Assembly (NCBI GenBank): GCA_965219445.1
Contig: CBDCNQ010000003.1
Location: forward strand, 192,001 to 256,000
Length of the DNA: 64,000 bases
Direction of reading: 5' to 3'
DNA from: Longimicrobiales bacterium
GTDB taxonomy: Bacteria > Gemmatimonadota > Gemmatimonadetes > Longimicrobiales > Gaopeijiaceae
A model generated the notes under the pieces. That model saw only the letters and a list, made by a program, of their open reading frames with translations, was not told where the DNA came from and did no database searches. Position numbers and translations under genes: made by a program. Positions 1-9,614 of the stretch are shown piece by piece (the stretch's first letter is position 1; the number at the start of each line of letters is the position of its first letter).

Positions 1-71
1 TCTTTGTTGCCGTACCCGCCATCCCTCTCGGAATCGAAGTAGAAGATCTGGAAATCGGGGGAGAATGCCGG
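1..71 (-). pseudogene. Fragment of a PD40/TolB-like beta-propeller gene, 5'-truncated, running off the left edge
   Basis: Minus strand reads PAFSPDFQIFYFDSERDGGYGNK, matching the PD40 pattern PxFSPDxxxxYFxSxRxGGxG. The in-frame codon just upstream (74-72) is TAG, with no start. Confidence 0.6.
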
Positions 72-72
72 C

Positions 73-273
73 TACAACGGCCTCCGCGTGGATTTCGAGG
101 ATCGGATATCCGCGGATGTCCTCTCGGACCTGAGCGGGCGGGGCCACGACCTTTCAGTGGTCCACGGTTGGACGGCGACCTTCGGCGGGGCGCACATGAT
201 CCGGATCGAGCCGTCTGGGACGATCACCGCCGCGGCGGATCCGCGGCGCGAGGCGTACGCGATAGCCTACTGA
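73..273 (+). pseudogene. ggt: C-terminal fragment of gamma-glutamyltransferase
   Basis: GLRVDFEDR...LSGRGH...FGGAHMI...AAADPRREAYAIAY is the GGT C-terminus. In-frame TAG at 40-42, so the rest of the gene is absent. Confidence 0.75.
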
Positions 274-882
274 TCATGCGTGCGCCGGGCACTCCATGAC
301 GAGGTGTGTATAAGGGATACGCAGGAGATCCGTCCTCACGTGCGGTTTGACGGCCGGGAAAAAGGGTTCCACGAGCTCCAGCCACGCATCCAGCGTTCTC
401 ACGTGAGAGCCCCGATCCATATCAAGGAGCCTTTTTGTGATGCGTGACTGATCCTCTGTGTAACAGCCGTCCAACGTGACCAGGCGGCCGGAGGGTTTTA
501 GGTTCCGCGCAGCCAGGCTCAGGAATTCCGATACCTGGGCGTCATCCAGGTGGTGGAGCAGACCGTTCGCCAGAATGAGGTCATAGTGCGCCTCCTCATT
601 CATCGTCTCGGCATTGACCGGCCCGAGCCGAAACGTACCCCGCTCACCGAAGCGCGCCCGGGCCGAGGCGATGTAGCTCTCGTCCATGTCGATTCCCACA
701 TATTCGACACCGGGAAGATAGGCGACGAGGTCACCGGGCCCGCATCCGCAATCGAGGACGCGGTCGGCGGGCTTCGGCCGAACGTACTCCGCGATGCATT
801 CGACTCTGAGGCGATGGACTCCGACGAGATTTTGGAAGAGGCGGTAGGCTGCCGGAAGAGAAAGAATCGAGCGCAAATTCAT
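274..882 (-). CDS. Class I SAM-dependent methyltransferase
   Basis: VLDCGCGPG motif I, GID, LLHHL, LKPSG. ATG at 882 overlaps the upstream stop (ATGA). Confidence 0.9.
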   Translation of the reverse strand: MNLRSILSLPAAYRLFQNLVGVHRLRVECIAEYVRPKPADRVLDCGCGPGDLVAYLPGVEYVGIDMDESYIASARARFGERGTFRLGPVNAETMNEEAHYDLILANGLLHHLDDAQVSEFLSLAARNLKPSGRLVTLDGCYTEDQSRITKRLLDMDRGSHVRTLDAWLELVEPFFPAVKPHVRTDLLRIPYTHLVMECPAHA

Positions 883-2495
883 GATGGACAATTGGCAGCT
901 CCGCTGCGGATGAGCACCAGAACGATCACATAGCGACCGTCCCGGAATTCCCGAACGATCTCCGAGGAGAGATTCGGGCTTTCGGCGGCGAATCGGATCA
1001 GTCCCCGAATCTTCTCCCCCCCAGACCACGGGTAGTTGAACAGCGTGTACACGCAGGGCGGGAACGACTCACCACGGATCAACTCGGCCAGCGACTCGAC
1101 AGAAAAATTATGACCGTTCGAGAGCGGGGCACTCGTGTATCCGAGTTCTGGATAGCTGAACAAATAGTGTTCGTAGTGGCCGTAGTAGACCGGTGTGCCT
1201 TCCGGAAGCGTCTCGAGAAACCGGACGGCTTCCATCTGGATGGCCTGGAGCCGGCGGTACGCGTTCGAGCGCTCCGTCAGCGGGGGGTCGTTGCCGGGCC
1301 CCTCGGTGTCGATGTCCATCGGGTACAGGACCCCGTTCCCGTTGAGTGCAAAAAAGCCACACAGCGCTGCGAAGCACACCGCGGCTGGAGAACGCAGTCG
1401 TGAGGCGCCGAGATGCTGGGCGACGTACCCGGTCCACATGAGGAGAAAGGGTAGGATCACGACGTAGTAGCGCGGCAGGATAATTGTGAAGCCGAATCCG
1501 ATCGGTAGTACAACGAAAAACACGAGCAGGAAGAACAGTATCATGATCCCGCTGTAGCCGAGGACCCGTCGAGCTTGCCGATCCTCGCTGTCCCTCTCTA
1601 GCGGCTCCTCCACGAGTACTCGGACCAGGTCCGTACCAAAGAAGGCCGCAGCGGCGAGGAACACGAGAATGAGAGTCAGCAGGTCCGGTACGTTGAAGAG
1701 GAAGCGGTCGAGGTAATGCCAGAACCCACCGAATGTGTTCGAGAAGGTGGAGGCGAGTGTCGGTCCGGTCGATCCACCCCCAGACCATTGCGCTAGCGAC
1801 CAGATGGTCACGGTCCACAGAAGAGGGAACACCGAGAGGAGCCCCACCCGTTTCAAGCGGACGGATAGAGGTCGGTTCTCGATCACGGTGGCCGCTGCCA
1901 GCGTCGCGGGGACGATGATGCCCGCTTCCTTCGTCGCATAAGCCAACGCAGACCAGAGGACTGCACCCCTGAAACGCTTGTTCGTGAAGGCGTGGAGGGC
2001 GGCGACGGCACACAGGAAGAGCGGGACCTCCATATAGAGGAAGCCGACCTGCGCAGAAAAGACCGGATAAAGGAGCACGCTCAGGCAGAGGAAAAAGGTG
2101 CCCAGGCCCCCGAAGAGGGGCCGGGCCAGCCGGAACAGGAGGACCAGCGCCAGCGCAGCCATGGCAAAGTGAAGGAGGTGCAATATGACGAAGGCTCTCT
2201 CACCACCCCCCGACACCTTGAGAACGACTGCCGTCGCGAACGTGACCGGAGAGGTACCGTGGGTGTTGGGGCCGCCCTCGAAGTAATCCGGCATCCCGAG
2301 CAACTCGACCACGTCGAAGCCATTGTCGGCCAGGGTGATCGCCGCGGGAAACAACCCCATCGCCGTATCCCACACAGGGGGTCGGGCCACCGTGTCCCAC
2401 TTCAGAGCCAGAATGAGCGAGAGCGCCACGAGAAACTGTGCGCCGGACCTCTTCTCCAGGAGGCGCTGGGCCGAGGTCAGCCGCTTCATACCCAT
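879..2495 (-). CDS. Polytopic membrane glycosyltransferase (GT-C, ArnT/PMT-like)
   Basis: Many hydrophobic segments, PVWD in the first loop, YMEVP, TKE, PRY motifs, soluble C-terminal domain. Confidence 0.65.
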   Translation of the reverse strand: MGMKRLTSAQRLLEKRSGAQFLVALSLILALKWDTVARPPVWDTAMGLFPAAITLADNGFDVVELLGMPDYFEGGPNTHGTSPVTFATAVVLKVSGGGERAFVILHLLHFAMAALALVLLFRLARPLFGGLGTFFLCLSVLLYPVFSAQVGFLYMEVPLFLCAVAALHAFTNKRFRGAVLWSALAYATKEAGIIVPATLAAATVIENRPLSVRLKRVGLLSVFPLLWTVTIWSLAQWSGGGSTGPTLASTFSNTFGGFWHYLDRFLFNVPDLLTLILVFLAAAAFFGTDLVRVLVEEPLERDSEDRQARRVLGYSGIMILFFLLVFFVVLPIGFGFTIILPRYYVVILPFLLMWTGYVAQHLGASRLRSPAAVCFAALCGFFALNGNGVLYPMDIDTEGPGNDPPLTERSNAYRRLQAIQMEAVRFLETLPEGTPVYYGHYEHYLFSYPELGYTSAPLSNGHNFSVESLAELIRGESFPPCVYTLFNYPWSGGEKIRGLIRFAAESPNLSSEIVREFRDGRYVIVLVLIRSGAANCPS

Positions 2496-2539
2496 CTCGG
2501 AGCCGAGGCCGCTATGCAGAAGTCCGCTCCGAAAAACCC

Positions 2540-3922
2540 CTACTCCTCGGCAGCTGCCCTGGCTTCACCGACGGCACCCCGCGCGGCAGGGTTCCAAAGC
2601 ATACCAAACGCGAGCCATCCCAGACCTCCCACGATCAAGGCCACGATCAACCACCCGAGCAGAGCAAGAAAGAAGCTCGCGCTCAGCGCTGGCCACTGGA
2701 TCTGGTACTGGCTGAAGACCACCGCGCGCTCCGCCATCCAATGCCAACCGGTGTGGGCCACGAGCACCGAGAGGATGATCGTCCCCATGCGCTCCGCGAG
2801 CACGTAGCGAAAAAGGAACTCGAGCACGGGGATACACAGCACGAGGACCAGCAGCTGTCCGAGTTCGACCCCGACGTTGAACGCCAACAGGGACGTCAGT
2901 AAGTGGCCTCCCGCGAACTGAAGCGATTCGCGGAGCGCGAACGAGAACCCGAAGCCATGAACGAGCCCGAACGCGAATGTGATGATCCAGCGTCGCCGTA
3001 CGTTGGCTCCCACCACGTTTTCGAGCGCCATATACAGGATCGAAGCCGCGATCACCGTCTCCACGAGCGGCGGGAACCAGAGCCCACCCGGAGCGAAGCC
3101 GTACGCGGATGCGATCAGGGTAAAGGAGTGCGCCACCGTGAAGGCCGTCACGATCGGAACCAGCGCGTTGAACCGCCGGAACGGGATTACCAGACAGAGA
3201 AGGAAGAGCAGGTGGTCGATTCCATCCAGGATGTGGAGGAAACCGGACACTACGAACCGAAGGGCCGCCTGATGCCATCGCGGATCGAGGGTGACGAGTC
3301 CCGGATCACCAACAAATTGGAACGCGCGCACGACCCCGTTGGGCGGCATGAATCGGAGAACCGTTTGCACCCGGGAGGCGAGCCGCTCGAGTCCTGGACG
3401 GATGGAAAACTCCGACGTCTCAGACTGAATTGGATATTCGAAGAGTACGTCGAGCATCGCCTGTTGCCATATCAGTTCGATGTCGTTGGGGAGCTTGGGG
3501 GCGAAGACGTGCTCCAGAGCCGTGTCATACTCCCGGAACGACGGATCGGACGGAATCGACACCCTGATGGCGGCGATCTCCGGAAAAGGCAGTTGGGTCC
3601 CGTCCTCGAACAACTGCAACGGCTGTGCGATCCACAGCACGGCGCCTTCTTCGAGTTCCGGATCCGCCTCGTCGATTTCCAGGTATCCTGGGCCGCGCGT
3701 CGGGAAGTTGATGTCCTGCATCGCGGTCAGTGGCACCCGAAGGAGTAACCGAAGCGTTTGTCCCTCGGGCTTGAGGAACGCCTGAACCGTCACATCGGCC
3801 GGCGTCTCGTGGGCCGGAGCGCCCAGAGGGAGTGCCACGATCAGCGTCGCTACTATCGTGATCGCGGCGGTTAAGTAGACGACTCTACGCTTACTTCCGA
3901 GCTTACTTCCGAACACTGGCAT
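2540..3922 (-). CDS. HupE/UreJ family membrane protein with periplasmic N-terminal domain
   Basis: Signal peptide then AHE; GFLHILDGIDHLLF, TAFTVAHSFT, FGLVHGFGF, FNVGVELGQ. Start placed at ATG 3922 (GGGAG upstream). Confidence 0.85.
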   Translation of the reverse strand: MPVFGSKLGSKRRVVYLTAAITIVATLIVALPLGAPAHETPADVTVQAFLKPEGQTLRLLLRVPLTAMQDINFPTRGPGYLEIDEADPELEEGAVLWIAQPLQLFEDGTQLPFPEIAAIRVSIPSDPSFREYDTALEHVFAPKLPNDIELIWQQAMLDVLFEYPIQSETSEFSIRPGLERLASRVQTVLRFMPPNGVVRAFQFVGDPGLVTLDPRWHQAALRFVVSGFLHILDGIDHLLFLLCLVIPFRRFNALVPIVTAFTVAHSFTLIASAYGFAPGGLWFPPLVETVIAASILYMALENVVGANVRRRWIITFAFGLVHGFGFSFALRESLQFAGGHLLTSLLAFNVGVELGQLLVLVLCIPVLEFLFRYVLAERMGTIILSVLVAHTGWHWMAERAVVFSQYQIQWPALSASFFLALLGWLIVALIVGGLGWLAFGMLWNPAARGAVGEARAAAEE

Positions 3923-4138
3923 CTTCTCCCGAACCATAACAGTGGCAGCTTTTTTCCCCGATGCACTTGCGGAACCAACATACAGCAACTTAGATGGGGT
4001 AGCGACCGAGACCCGAATCACTCGGTCACGTCGGGATGGTCTAGTAGGCCGACTTTTCTCAGGTCGGTCTCGGGATCGGTCTGCGGGTGATCCACCGCGA
4101 CCCCGACGGGGCACCTGTATAAAGACGGAGGACAGTCG

Positions 4139-5374
4139 ATGAAACGCACGCTCAATCTTCTCGTTGGCGTGGCCGTGGTCGCATTCATGGGCGCGTGCTC
4201 AACCGGTGAGGGGGCTATGGGAGCGAACGGTGAGGCTCCCATGTTCGCCGTGGATCCACTCTGGCCCCAGCCGCTCCCAAATCACTGGCTCCTGGGACCG
4301 ACGATCGGGGTGACCGTGGACTCGCGGGATCACATCTGGATTGTCCATCGGAACACGGAGAACCAGTTTGTCATGAACACGGAGATTGGCCTCGTGGCCG
4401 GGGTCAGTGAGTGCTGCCAGCCGGGTCCGCCGGTCATGGAGTTCGATCAGGAGGGTAATCTGATTTCCTCCTTCGGAGGGCCCAGCACCATGGGCGAGTA
4501 CGACTGGCCGTTGTCGAACCACGGGATCGAAATCGATAACATGGACAACATCTGGATCGGCGGGAACGGTGGAACCGACTCGCACGTCCTCAAGTTCTCT
4601 CGTGACGGCACGTTCTTGGCGCAATTCGGCCGGGCCGGTGCGCGTGTCACCGGTACAGACGAGGAAGGCGACCAGGTTCTGGAGCGCAACAGCAATGACC
4701 CCGTGAGCTTCGGCCGTGTGGCGAAGCTTTCCCTCGATGCCGAGGCCAACGAGTTGTTTTTGGCGGACGGGTACTTCAACAAGCGGGTCGTCGTCCTCGA
4801 TCCGGAGACCGGGGCTTTCAAGCGCTACTGGGGTGCCTACGGGAACAGGCCGAACGACGCGGAAGCCGCGACCACGCGCTACACGCCCGGCGAAACGCCC
4901 GCCCGGCAGTTCCGCGGTCCGGTGCACTGCGCCGAGCCCGCCAACGATGACCGGGTGTACGTCTGCGACCGTGCGGCAGACCGGATCCAGGTCTTCCAGA
5001 AGGACGGCACGTTCGTGCAAGAGGTGTTGATCTCTCCCGCCACGCTTTCCCAGGGCTCCACCTGGGACATCGCCTTCTCGCCGGACGAAGCACAAACCTA
5101 CCTCTACCTGGCCGACGGCCAGAACATGAAGGTCTACATCATCCTGCGTGAGAGCATGGAGATCCTGACGAGCTTCGGGGACGGCGGGCGCCAGCCAGGA
5201 CTGTTCTTCGCGGTGCACAGTATCGCCACCGACTCGGACGGAAACATCTACACCACCGAGACGTACGAAGGATCGCGCGTTCAGAAGTTCGTTTATCAGG
5301 GCATGGGCCCGATTCCGAGTGCGAACCAGGGTGCCCTTTGGCTGGGCGAGACACACACCTACGGTGGCATGTAA
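4139..5374 (+). CDS. NHL-repeat beta-propeller lipoprotein (PAL-like)
   Basis: Lipobox-like MGAC; DPLWP, NHGI, ADGYFNKRV, CDR..DRIQVF, VHSIATDSDGNIYTTE; GGAGG RBS. Confidence 0.8.
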   Translation: MKRTLNLLVGVAVVAFMGACSTGEGAMGANGEAPMFAVDPLWPQPLPNHWLLGPTIGVTVDSRDHIWIVHRNTENQFVMNTEIGLVAGVSECCQPGPPVMEFDQEGNLISSFGGPSTMGEYDWPLSNHGIEIDNMDNIWIGGNGGTDSHVLKFSRDGTFLAQFGRAGARVTGTDEEGDQVLERNSNDPVSFGRVAKLSLDAEANELFLADGYFNKRVVVLDPETGAFKRYWGAYGNRPNDAEAATTRYTPGETPARQFRGPVHCAEPANDDRVYVCDRAADRIQVFQKDGTFVQEVLISPATLSQGSTWDIAFSPDEAQTYLYLADGQNMKVYIILRESMEILTSFGDGGRQPGLFFAVHSIATDSDGNIYTTETYEGSRVQKFVYQGMGPIPSANQGALWLGETHTYGGM

Positions 5375-5516
5375 GCGCTGAAGTAGTCGGTGCTTTCGGG
5401 ACTCTCGAAGTAGGGTCCGACGTGAAGCCTCAATCAGACGGCCCTGTGTGCGCTCGCATGCAGGGCCGGTCTTCGGACATGAGTTACCTGTAACTCGAAG
5501 ATCTGAGAGGAGCGCC

Positions 5517-6188
5517 ATGACGAAGAAAAGAGTCTCTTACGTATTTGCGATTGCCACAGTGGTCGGCTCTTGCGCACCGTCGGCTGAGGACGCTCCGGCA
5601 GACGGGCTCATGGAACCCATAATGACCTTCTTCCTCACCAGCGCCGGTCCTGGTGATGGTGCCGCCCTGGGGGGCCTGGAGGGTGCCGACGCGTACTGCC
5701 AGTCCCTGGCCGCAGCCGTCGGCTTGGGCGGTGCGACGTGGCACGCCTACCTGAGCGCGACGGCCACGACCGATGCCGCGGCGGTCAACGCGCGGGACCG
5801 GATCGGGACCGGTCCATGGTACAACCACGCCCTCGTGCAAGTCGCGAGCGACGTCCCCAACCTCCACAGCGAGAGCAACAACCTCACGAAGGAGACCGTC
5901 CTCAATGAGCGGGGTGGCAGGACCAATGGCCGTGGCGACGATCCGAACCGGCACGACATCCTGACGGGGTCGCAGTTGGATGGCACGGTGGTCCCGGGCG
6001 ATGACGACACGACGTGCAACAATTGGACGAGCAATGGGGAGGGTAGTGCGATGGTCGGTCACTTCGACCGTACCGGTGGCGGCGCGAATCCAACCTCCTG
6101 GAACTCCGCCCACCCCAGCAGCGGCTGCAGCCAGGAGGATCTGCAGGGGACGGGAGGTGACGGACTGTTCTACTGCTTCGTGATATAG
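5517..6188 (+). CDS. Endostatin/lectin-like lipoprotein
   Basis: VGSC lipobox; FFLTS, LGGLEGADAYCQ, WHAYLS, NARDRIG.GPW, HDILTGS, GLFYCF; GAGGAG RBS. Confidence 0.75.
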   Translation: MTKKRVSYVFAIATVVGSCAPSAEDAPADGLMEPIMTFFLTSAGPGDGAALGGLEGADAYCQSLAAAVGLGGATWHAYLSATATTDAAAVNARDRIGTGPWYNHALVQVASDVPNLHSESNNLTKETVLNERGGRTNGRGDDPNRHDILTGSQLDGTVVPGDDDTTCNNWTSNGEGSAMVGHFDRTGGGANPTSWNSAHPSSGCSQEDLQGTGGDGLFYCFVI

Positions 6189-6284
6189 GGGTCTGCAAAG
6201 CGATCGTTGTCCACGCGGTTCATGCGGCGCTCGACCGGAAACTTTGAAGGAGTGTGGCCGATCCGGCGAGCCAGTAATGTGCGT

Positions 6285-8402
6285 TCAGGCCGGCTGAGAC
6301 TCCTCCGCCGGTCTGCGACTCGAGGCTTCCACACCGAGCGGGAGCGTTACCAGTGCCATGGTGGCGGCCGTAATCGTGCCCAAGATCACGGCGAATCCGA
6401 AACGGCGGGTGGGTGGAAACGTCGACAACCCGAAGATCCCGAATCCGACGCATATGAGGAGCGTAGCGGCGAGTACTGGCCCCTTGACCTGGGCCTGGGC
6501 CCGGGACCAACTCTCCAGGGCAGCCAGGCCATCATCGCGAAGGTGCCGGACCCGCACCACCAGATGAATCATCGAGTCGACGCCCATGGCCAGAGCGACG
6601 TTCGCCGCCGGCGACGTGATGATGTCCACCGCCACGCCCACATGGCCGAAAGTCCCCAGGACCACGAGCGGGACGCCACCGAGGCACATTACCATGATCA
6701 CGGCCACTCTCGCGGAACGAGAAACAACCAGGGAAACACCCACGAAGAGGAGCAGTAGCCCCCCGAGACCGATCCTTAGACTCGACGCGATCAACCGACC
6801 GAGTTGCGCCTGGAGGTTGTATAGTCCCCCCATCTGTACCGGCTCGAGGCCCGACTCGTTGGCGTATCCTTCGAGTCGATCCATGACTTCGTACCGAGAG
6901 CGCTCCTGCACCGATTCCTTCATACGGAGGAAAAAGAGGCCCTCGTCCCGTTCCAGGGTCACGAAGCTCAAGGCGATCCGATCCAGCCTCGGCGACTCGG
7001 CAATACTCAGGAGCGCGCCAAGGCTCAAGAAATTCGCTAACGGAAGTGTCCTCGCATGCCCCAGCAGCACGGCCGGCGATAGGACTGTGCCTACTGCCGA
7101 ATCCGCCTCCAGGGCCTCCTGGAAGCTCCACATACGTTCATAGACCTCGTCTTCATCGAGACCTGCGCCGGCGGCGTCCCGGATCGCGATGTTGAGCGTA
7201 CTGCTCCCTCCGTCCCGATCGATGCGCTCGAGCCCACCACGGAGCTCGGAGCCCTCCGCGAAGTACGTGAGGAGACCCGGGTCGGTATCGAGCTTTGGAA
7301 GACCGCCCCCCAGAAGGAGGACGACGAGTACGATGGCGGCCAATACACGTGACGGCCGGACAGAGATCGGCGACGCCGCGGTGGACGGCCCCTCCACGGC
7401 TACGGTTCGCTCCGCTCCACGGCCCAAGAAGGTGGGGTAAATGGTATACGCGACGGTGAGAGCGGTCGCCGCGCCGATCGCACCGGCGATTCCCAACTCC
7501 CTCAAGGGCCGAGCCGTAGCGACCAACAGGCTCAGGAATCCCATGAGCGTCGTAGCCATGGACCAGAATGAGGCTTCGAGCGTCAGCGACACGGCCCGAG
7601 CCACTCGCTGATCCGGCGCCACTGCAAGGGTCCCTGCCCGCCTCCAGTTCGCTGTCAGAAAGACGATATGTGACAGTGTCAGCACGAAGACGATCGTGAT
7701 GAGGTTGGCGGTGAGCAGGCCGATCTCGACTCCCATCGCGCGGGTGAGGAGCAGCGTGACCGCGCATGCGGTTACGCAGGTCGTCAGTGCACCCGCGACG
7801 ATCCCTGCGTTTCTATAGATCAGCGCCGCGAGTAGACCGTACAGGAGAAACGAAACCGCACTGAAGACCACGAGATCACGGAAGAGGTTTCGTCGGATCT
7901 GCTCGACGATGACCGGCACTCCGGACAGGACCACATCCAAGCTGGGCGCGCGGAGTCGCTCGACCACGTCCTCTAAGCGAGGGAGCAGAAGTGCCGGGTC
8001 TGTCGCGTCCACACTCAGGACGAGGTTGGTGGCCGCGTCGTCCGGCGTCAGTAGGATTCGGCTGAAGAGGGGACTCCGCGCAGGGTCATCGGTCGCGAGC
8101 GAGCGCACTCCCGTCACACCCTCCACCTCCAGGAACGCCTCCGTGAGCTCCCCGATCCGCTCACGGTATGCTACGGGATCCCCCGCCCTGTCCTCCGCCC
8201 GCACGACCACCTGGGCCCGTCCCGGATACCGTTGGTCCAACTCCAGAGACGCCTGGATTTGGGGGTCGTCCCTTGAGAAGAAAAAGTCACTTTCCACCCT
8301 CGGAGACAGATCCACCCAAACCCCCGCGGCCCCGAGTCCCACGGCCGCAACGGCCATTGAGAGCCAGTGAGCCCTTGGATGAGTCCACGCCGGACGGAAC
8401 AT
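6285..8402 (-). CDS. MMPL/RND family transporter
   Basis: Two halves each with a large loop plus a TM bundle; SGVPV, AMGVDSMIH, FPPTRRFG. Confidence 0.85.
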   Translation of the reverse strand: MFRPAWTHPRAHWLSMAVAAVGLGAAGVWVDLSPRVESDFFFSRDDPQIQASLELDQRYPGRAQVVVRAEDRAGDPVAYRERIGELTEAFLEVEGVTGVRSLATDDPARSPLFSRILLTPDDAATNLVLSVDATDPALLLPRLEDVVERLRAPSLDVVLSGVPVIVEQIRRNLFRDLVVFSAVSFLLYGLLAALIYRNAGIVAGALTTCVTACAVTLLLTRAMGVEIGLLTANLITIVFVLTLSHIVFLTANWRRAGTLAVAPDQRVARAVSLTLEASFWSMATTLMGFLSLLVATARPLRELGIAGAIGAATALTVAYTIYPTFLGRGAERTVAVEGPSTAASPISVRPSRVLAAIVLVVLLLGGGLPKLDTDPGLLTYFAEGSELRGGLERIDRDGGSSTLNIAIRDAAGAGLDEDEVYERMWSFQEALEADSAVGTVLSPAVLLGHARTLPLANFLSLGALLSIAESPRLDRIALSFVTLERDEGLFFLRMKESVQERSRYEVMDRLEGYANESGLEPVQMGGLYNLQAQLGRLIASSLRIGLGGLLLLFVGVSLVVSRSARVAVIMVMCLGGVPLVVLGTFGHVGVAVDIITSPAANVALAMGVDSMIHLVVRVRHLRDDGLAALESWSRAQAQVKGPVLAATLLICVGFGIFGLSTFPPTRRFGFAVILGTITAATMALVTLPLGVEASSRRPAEESQPA

Positions 8403-8515
8403 CAAAGCCCCCCTGCGGTCGAAGAAGCTGTCGAAGAAGCCAAGGAAGACCCCAAGGGAAGTTCGAAGGAAGATCCCAACAGGGAAGACCGCAAGATGGA
8501 AAAGGGAGCGATCAA

Positions 8516-8959
8516 GTGAGATCCAGGTGCGTCATATTCGTCTTCTGTTTGATGTTTTCACTGGCTACCGACTCCGCTCGTGCCCAGGAGACGGGTGTAC
8601 GGGCCGCCGTTTCGGAGACTCTGGCGGCGTTGGTCACGAACGAATTCACGACCTTCGTCAACTTCTTCCACGACGACGCACGTGGGTTCTTCGTCGACGG
8701 CTCCACCATGATCGAGGGGTTCAGCGCAATGGCCTTTCGCGCTGCGTACCTCGCGGGTCTTCGAACGAACGTCGTGATGAGTAACCTGAAAGTGAGCGTT
8801 TACGGTAACACTGCCGTGTCCGGCGCACTTCTGGGAGGATCGGTCACGCTGCCCGGAGGAGCAGTGAGGGAGGGAACCTGGCGATACTCGGACACACGGG
8901 TCCTGGAGGGGGGGACGTGGAAGATCGTCCAGTATCACATTTCCCAGCTTGCAGAGTGA
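8516..8959 (+). CDS. Secreted NTF2-like/DUF4440 protein
   Basis: Signal peptide ending ARA-Q; VSVYGNTAV, RYSDTRV, WKIVQYHIS. GTG start after GGGAG. Confidence 0.75.
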   Translation: MRSRCVIFVFCLMFSLATDSARAQETGVRAAVSETLAALVTNEFTTFVNFFHDDARGFFVDGSTMIEGFSAMAFRAAYLAGLRTNVVMSNLKVSVYGNTAVSGALLGGSVTLPGGAVREGTWRYSDTRVLEGGTWKIVQYHISQLAE

Positions 8960-9053
8960 GCAGTAACTGGACCACGTCTCGGTTCCGTGAAGTCGATCCA
9001 ACGGCGTATGATGACGGGCTCTTCTTGCTCTGGGGTGGCGAAAAGAGAATTAA

Positions 9054-9614
9054 CTAATCGTCAGAGTCGAGCCCCGTCAAAACCGCCGCTTCGATGTCTT
9101 GGTCGGCTCCAGACCCCGTGTAGACGACCGTGCCTTCCGCGTCCAGCACAACGATGTAGGACGTCCCAGGAGCTAGGAAGGCACGCACGGCTCTGCCTCC
9201 ATCATCCCAAAGCACAGGGAACCCCATCGGCTCCCCCTCGAGGTGCCTCAGGACCGATCGCTGGGATTGGGCGACCGCGACCGCAACCGCAACGAACTCG
9301 ACCCTATCTTCGTAACGAGAGTGCACGTCCTCGATCTGTGGGTACAGAGCCGCGCAGAGCTCGCACCAGCGTGCCCAGAATTCGATGAGAACCGGACGTT
9401 CTCCCACAAACTGTGTGAGGCTGACCTTGTTGCCTTGCAGATCCTCGATTTCCACCAGCTCGGGTCTCTCACCCAAAGCGATCCCCAGTTCGCCGCGCTC
9501 CTGCGCGGACACGGCAACGGGTGCGAGCGTACCCGAAAAAAGTATGGCTGCGCTCACGAGATACGGGACGCCCCCAGGGCGACGCCAATCACGGAATCGG
9601 TCGTCAGTCTTCAC
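9054..9614 (-). CDS. TlpA/ResA-like thiol-disulfide oxidoreductase
   Basis: EFWARWCELC (CxxC), FPVLWD; GTG start overlaps the ccdA stop (GTGA). Confidence 0.85.
   Translation of the reverse strand: MKTDDRFRDWRRPGGVPYLVSAAILFSGTLAPVAVSAQERGELGIALGERPELVEIEDLQGNKVSLTQFVGERPVLIEFWARWCELCAALYPQIEDVHSRYEDRVEFVAVAVAVAQSQRSVLRHLEGEPMGFPVLWDDGGRAVRAFLAPGTSYIVVLDAEGTVVYTGSGADQDIEAAVLTGLDSDD

Noticed and set aside
3890..3913. 12-bp tandem repeat GCTTACTTCCGA
   Set aside because: In-frame duplication in the signal-peptide n-region (GSKLGSK); no evident function.
4199..5518. Long antisense and alternate-frame ORFs (this one and many others in the track)
   Set aside because: Shadow ORFs expected in high-GC DNA; they lie over well-supported genes and lack motifs.
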